Positions 8,208 through 11,816 of a stretch of 11,816 bases of DNA are shown piece by piece (positions within the stretch are counted from its first letter, which is position 1; each line of letters starts with the position of its first letter). The DNA lies in NCBI GenBank assembly GCA_043754515.1, contig JAYUUO010000148.1, positions 1 to 11,816 of the forward strand, written 5' to 3'. Under the pieces are notes generated by a model, which was not told the DNA's origin, made no database searches, and worked only from the letters and a program-made list of their open reading frames with translations. The stretch comes from Armatimonadota bacterium (GTDB lineage: Bacteria > Armatimonadota > Armatimonadia > Armatimonadales > Armatimonadaceae). A program made the translations under genes and the position numbers.

Positions 8208-11200
8208 ATGGAATTGCGTATTCGCCTTCTTCAAGGCTACGATGGCGAGCCGAATCGAGTACGCGTTACTCTACAGCGTCTTGATGTCGTCAGCGTCGCG
8301 GAAGGGTTATGGTTGTTTACGCTGGACGCTGCCGAGCGCGGCGACCTGCGCTGGTATCTAGAGGAGTACCCGCGGTATCCTTCGAGTGGGTTCGATGCCC
8401 GCGCTACGCGGGCCGAGACGTGGCTCCACCGCCGTGGCGCGGAACTCTTCGACTCGGTGTTCGCCTGCGAACGTCGGCTGGCTCTCTATGACGCCGTCGC
8501 GCCCCGCCTCGCCGACACCCGTATCGTAATAGAGACTGCGCAGGATGACTTCGCTGCTATGAGTCTGCCGTGGGAGATGTTGCGCGACGGACGAGACGGC
8601 GGCGGTACTCTCGCGCGGGACGCGGGTGCTTTCGTGCGTAGTCAGCCGGATCTGCCTGACGTCCGTCCCACGGAGTCGGCTAACAGTCTGAACATTTTAC
8701 TCGTGATCAGCAGACCAGGCGGCGTTGACGACATCCCATTTTTTGCAGTGGTTCGCCCCCTACTGAACCTTGCCCGCGAAAATGGTTCGCGAGTGCGCGT
8801 GGACGTACTACGTCCGCCGACCCTCGCACTCTTGGGGCGCGTTCTCGCGGACAATCCCGGTTTTTACCATGTGGTTCATTTCGACGGTCATGGCACCTTC
8901 GCGCCGGGGGGTGAGCACGGCGTGTATCATGCGGCGGCACGCGAGGGGTATCTATCATTCGAGGACCGGAGCGGGAATGCCGCCTACACATCCGGCATGG
9001 AAGTGCGTCACGCGCTCATGCGGGGCGGCGGCGTCCCGGTGATGGTACTGAACGTATGTCAGTCCGGCATGGCGTGATCCGACGTCCTCGCACCATCCGT
9101 CGGTATGCGCCTGTTGCGCGGCGGTGTTCATGGCGTCCTGACGATGTCGTATTCGGTTTACGTCCCCACAGCGGCGCGATTCACGACGCGGTTGTACCAG
9201 GGTCTACTCAATGGCGAATCGCTCGGCCAGGCGACGCACGCGGCGCGTGAAGATCTGGCGAGTAAATCAATGCTCCCCTCCCCGACCGGCAACTCTCCGG
9301 TTCATGATTGGATAGTGCCCGTCCTCTTCGAGGGTGAGCCGGGCAAACCCCTCATCGCCGCATCATCATCGCCTGACGTCGCTCCGCCCTTACAAGTACC
9401 ACGCAAAGGCCGGTTCGTGGGGCGTGATGGACTGTTCCTGAACGTAGAGCGGGCTTGTCGCGGGTACAATCTGTTCCTCTTCAATGGCATGATCGGCATC
9501 GGGAAGTCGGCTATGGCTGACGCTTTTGCTCTCTGGCTCGGTACGACGAACGGTTTATGGCGCGGTGTCGGTAGCCGCGCCTTCTCTTTCGCGTGGGAAA
9601 ATCTGTCGCTGGAACACCTCGTTAACACAATAGGCCAGGAAAGCCGCGACGCATTGAAGGAGCGCTATGGCGTGTTATGGGAGTGTCTGCCTTCGGACAT
9701 TCGGGAGAATCCGACGGGTGAGAATCTGTCCCGCTTGCAGGTTGCGCAACGCTTCTTGCGCGAATGTGCCTGCGAGGTCATCATAGACGGTGTGGATCAC
9801 GGGGGCGCTCTGTCGGAAAACATCCAGGAGGAGTGGCAACTTTTTTTCCGTGGCATTCAGGGCGGGCAGAGCCGGTTCTTCCTTACCGGGAGGCGCGCCA
9901 CCATGCCATTCAAAGCCAAAGTCAGCGGCGTGCGTGTGCAAGAACTCAAGCAGAGTGACGCGCTTGCTCTTGCGGAGAATATTCGCGGCGAGCGTCTGCC
10001 CAGCACCCCCGAAATGGGCACGATGATGGGGCGGCTTGGTGGCAATCCTCTCATGCTGGAGACGTTCGTCCCGGAGCTCGAACGCCTGTCGCCATCGCAA
10101 ATGGCGGATGGCCTCCGGGTTGGTGACATAGTCGTTTCAGACCCCCTCCGTGCCGCGCGGCTGACCAATGCGTTGAACACCGGGTTTGTTACTTTGTCAC
10201 ACGAGGAGCAGGAGAGGCTGACAGTTCTGGGGGGCTTCGCTCACTTCGTTTCGGTAGACGCGCTCACCCGGTTGAGCACACTGCCGGACGCGCCGGTGTT
10301 TATCCGGGGGGTGGTTCGTGAGGAATGGGAGCGGGTCCTGCAAAGCGCGGAGCATGCCGGGCTAGTTGAAGCCGTGGTCGAAAACGACTGGTACCACCTC
10401 CCGGTCGCGCTCCCGTGGTTTTTCCGGGAGGGCTTGGGCTCACTTCTAGCGGCGTCGCCAGACGCGCTGAGGGACGCCTTGATCACGGTGTATGCCGACT
10501 ATCCCGATCCGTCTCGGGAGAAGCAGGGTGTGCCCACGTCGGTGGTGCTATCACTCATTGACTGGGAGCATGACAACATGCTGTCCGCGTTCGGGGCAAC
10601 GGTGGAGCGGACGCGCTGGCACGACGCGGCTAAGATCTTAGGATTTCTATCGCGCTGTTGCAGAGAATCGGGGGACTGGGACACGTTAGGGGCGTTCACA
10701 GTCCGACTTCGTGCCGGAGTTTGTGACTCGGATGGCGATACCTTGCCGGGGCTTGAAGCGGCATGGGGACTCCTGATGGTCCAGGAAGCGGGACTCGCGG
10801 GCCACCGGTGCGACTTCGTCGCCGAGTCGTCCATCAGCGACCTCCTCATGGCGCATTTCGAGCGGAACGGTGACCGGGAGCGGTTGGCGTTGATCTTGCA
10901 CGGTTGCGGCGAGCGAGTACGCGAGCAGTGCGATTACGAACGTGCGTCGGAGCTTCTAGAACGCAGCCTCGCCCTTCGCATCAGCCTGAGTGACGCGGCA
11001 GGTATCGCGGCGACACAGTTCGCTCTCGGAAAAGTGGCGCACTATCAGAGACTTTTCGACGGAGCGGGGGAGTGGTACCACCAATGTTCCAATGGGTTCA
11101 GCCGATGTGGCGATCTACGTGGTCAGGGGGATACGGCACATCAGTTAGGCTTGATTGCCGAGGAGCGTTTGCAAGGAGGCGTCGCGGAACGGTATTACCG

Positions 11201-11816
11201 GCAGAGCATCGCACTCAAGGAGCGATCAGGGGATGGGCGCGGCAAAGCCGCCACACTGTTCCGAATCGGAGAGCTGGCGAAGCGGCTACGAGCGTGGAAC
11301 GACGCAGAGACCGCGTTCCGTGATAGCCTCGCGCTCAGTGATCAGTATGAGGGCGATACACCAGACCGCGGGCACACGCTCCGCGCACTCTCTTCCGTGG
11401 CTCAGGAACGGCAACAATGGGACGAGGCAGAGCGATGGTTGGGGCAAGCCATGACCATGGCACGGGAGAAGGCGGATACGGGACTGGAAGCGGATGCGCT
11501 GAGAGATTTCGGCTCACTCGCACGGGCGAAGGGCGACTGGAGCGGCGCGGAGTCGTTCCTTCGCAAAAGCCTCGCGCTATCGGAGGTTCGTGGTGACGAA
11601 CACGGGCGGGGTGATACGCTACACGCTCTCTCCCTCCTCGCCGAGGCGTGCGACAACATAACTTCGGCTATCGGGTATGGGGAGCGCGCCCTCACCTTGT
11701 TCCTCATGAGTGACGCCCCGCGACAATGCGCGTTGGTACGAGAATCGCTGACGCGTTTCGGAGCCGCGCGAGGGCAACAGTCGAAACAGCCAGCGGATAG
11801 GGTCCCTACCCCGTTT
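8208..11816 (+). CDS. CHAT (caspase-like peptidase)-STAND/NB-ARC-like ATPase-TPR protein; in-frame TGA at 9075-9077; 3' end outside the window
   Basis: Manual translation: LRWYLEEY, LPWEML, VISRP, catalytic HFDGHG (8877-8894) and LNVCQSG (Cys 9057-9059). After TGA the same frame gives the CHAT C-terminus (GVLTMSYSV...LYQGL..GESLGQA...DWIVPVLF), FVGR, Walker A GMIGIGKS (9486-9509), Walker B EVIIDGVD, FLTGR, LGGNPL and TPRs (~10880-11750, e.g. GDTAHQLGLIAEE...AERYYRQSIALKE). No further stop to 11816. GTG 8109 is an alternative start. Confidence 0.88.

Noticed and set aside
1764..9077. Alternative genetic code (TAG or TGA reassigned genome-wide) as the cause of the internal stops
   Set aside because: TAG ends the ligase and the full catalase right before terminators, and TGA ends DUF3419, kinase and GNAT. 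Each interrupted gene has only one internal stop, and the two codons differ.
9075..9110. Selenocysteine at the CHAT TGA
   Set aside because: The catalytic Cys is already encoded by TGT at 9057, the TGA is in a variable loop rather than a conserved Cys position, and the downstream stem does not look like a convincing bacterial SECIS.
9056..11707. Many short ORFs listed on both strands in the last 2.7 kb
   Set aside because: All lie within the continuous STAND-TPR frame and have no motifs of their own.
1..11816. CRISPR array, tRNA/rRNA, transposase or integrase
   Set aside because: No regularly spaced repeats, RNA-gene signatures or recombinase motifs seen; nearly all the sequence is explained by the genes listed.

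Overview
GC-rich bacterial window with four blocks. (1) A secreted PEP-CTERM-anchored metzincin-type zinc metalloprotease (377-1708, +) with a good sigma70-type promoter, a long leader and a terminator. (2) A translationally coupled four-gene minus-strand operon: DUF3419/BtaA-like SAM-dependent transferase, phytol/dolichol-kinase-like membrane protein with a degenerate DUF92-like tail, YghO-like GNAT, and OleC-like adenylate-forming enzyme. It looks like an uncharacterised lipid-tailoring pathway. (3) A divergent manganese catalase (7098-7985, +) interrupted by one in-frame TAG. (4) A >1200-codon CHAT (caspase-like)-STAND ATPase-TPR gene (8208 to beyond the window end, +), which the ORF track shows only up to one in-frame TGA six codons after the catalytic Cys. 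The two neighbouring genes each carry a single internal stop in an otherwise open frame, and several other C>T/G>A-type departures from consensus lie nearby. All family assignments are from motif recognition by eye; no database search was run.
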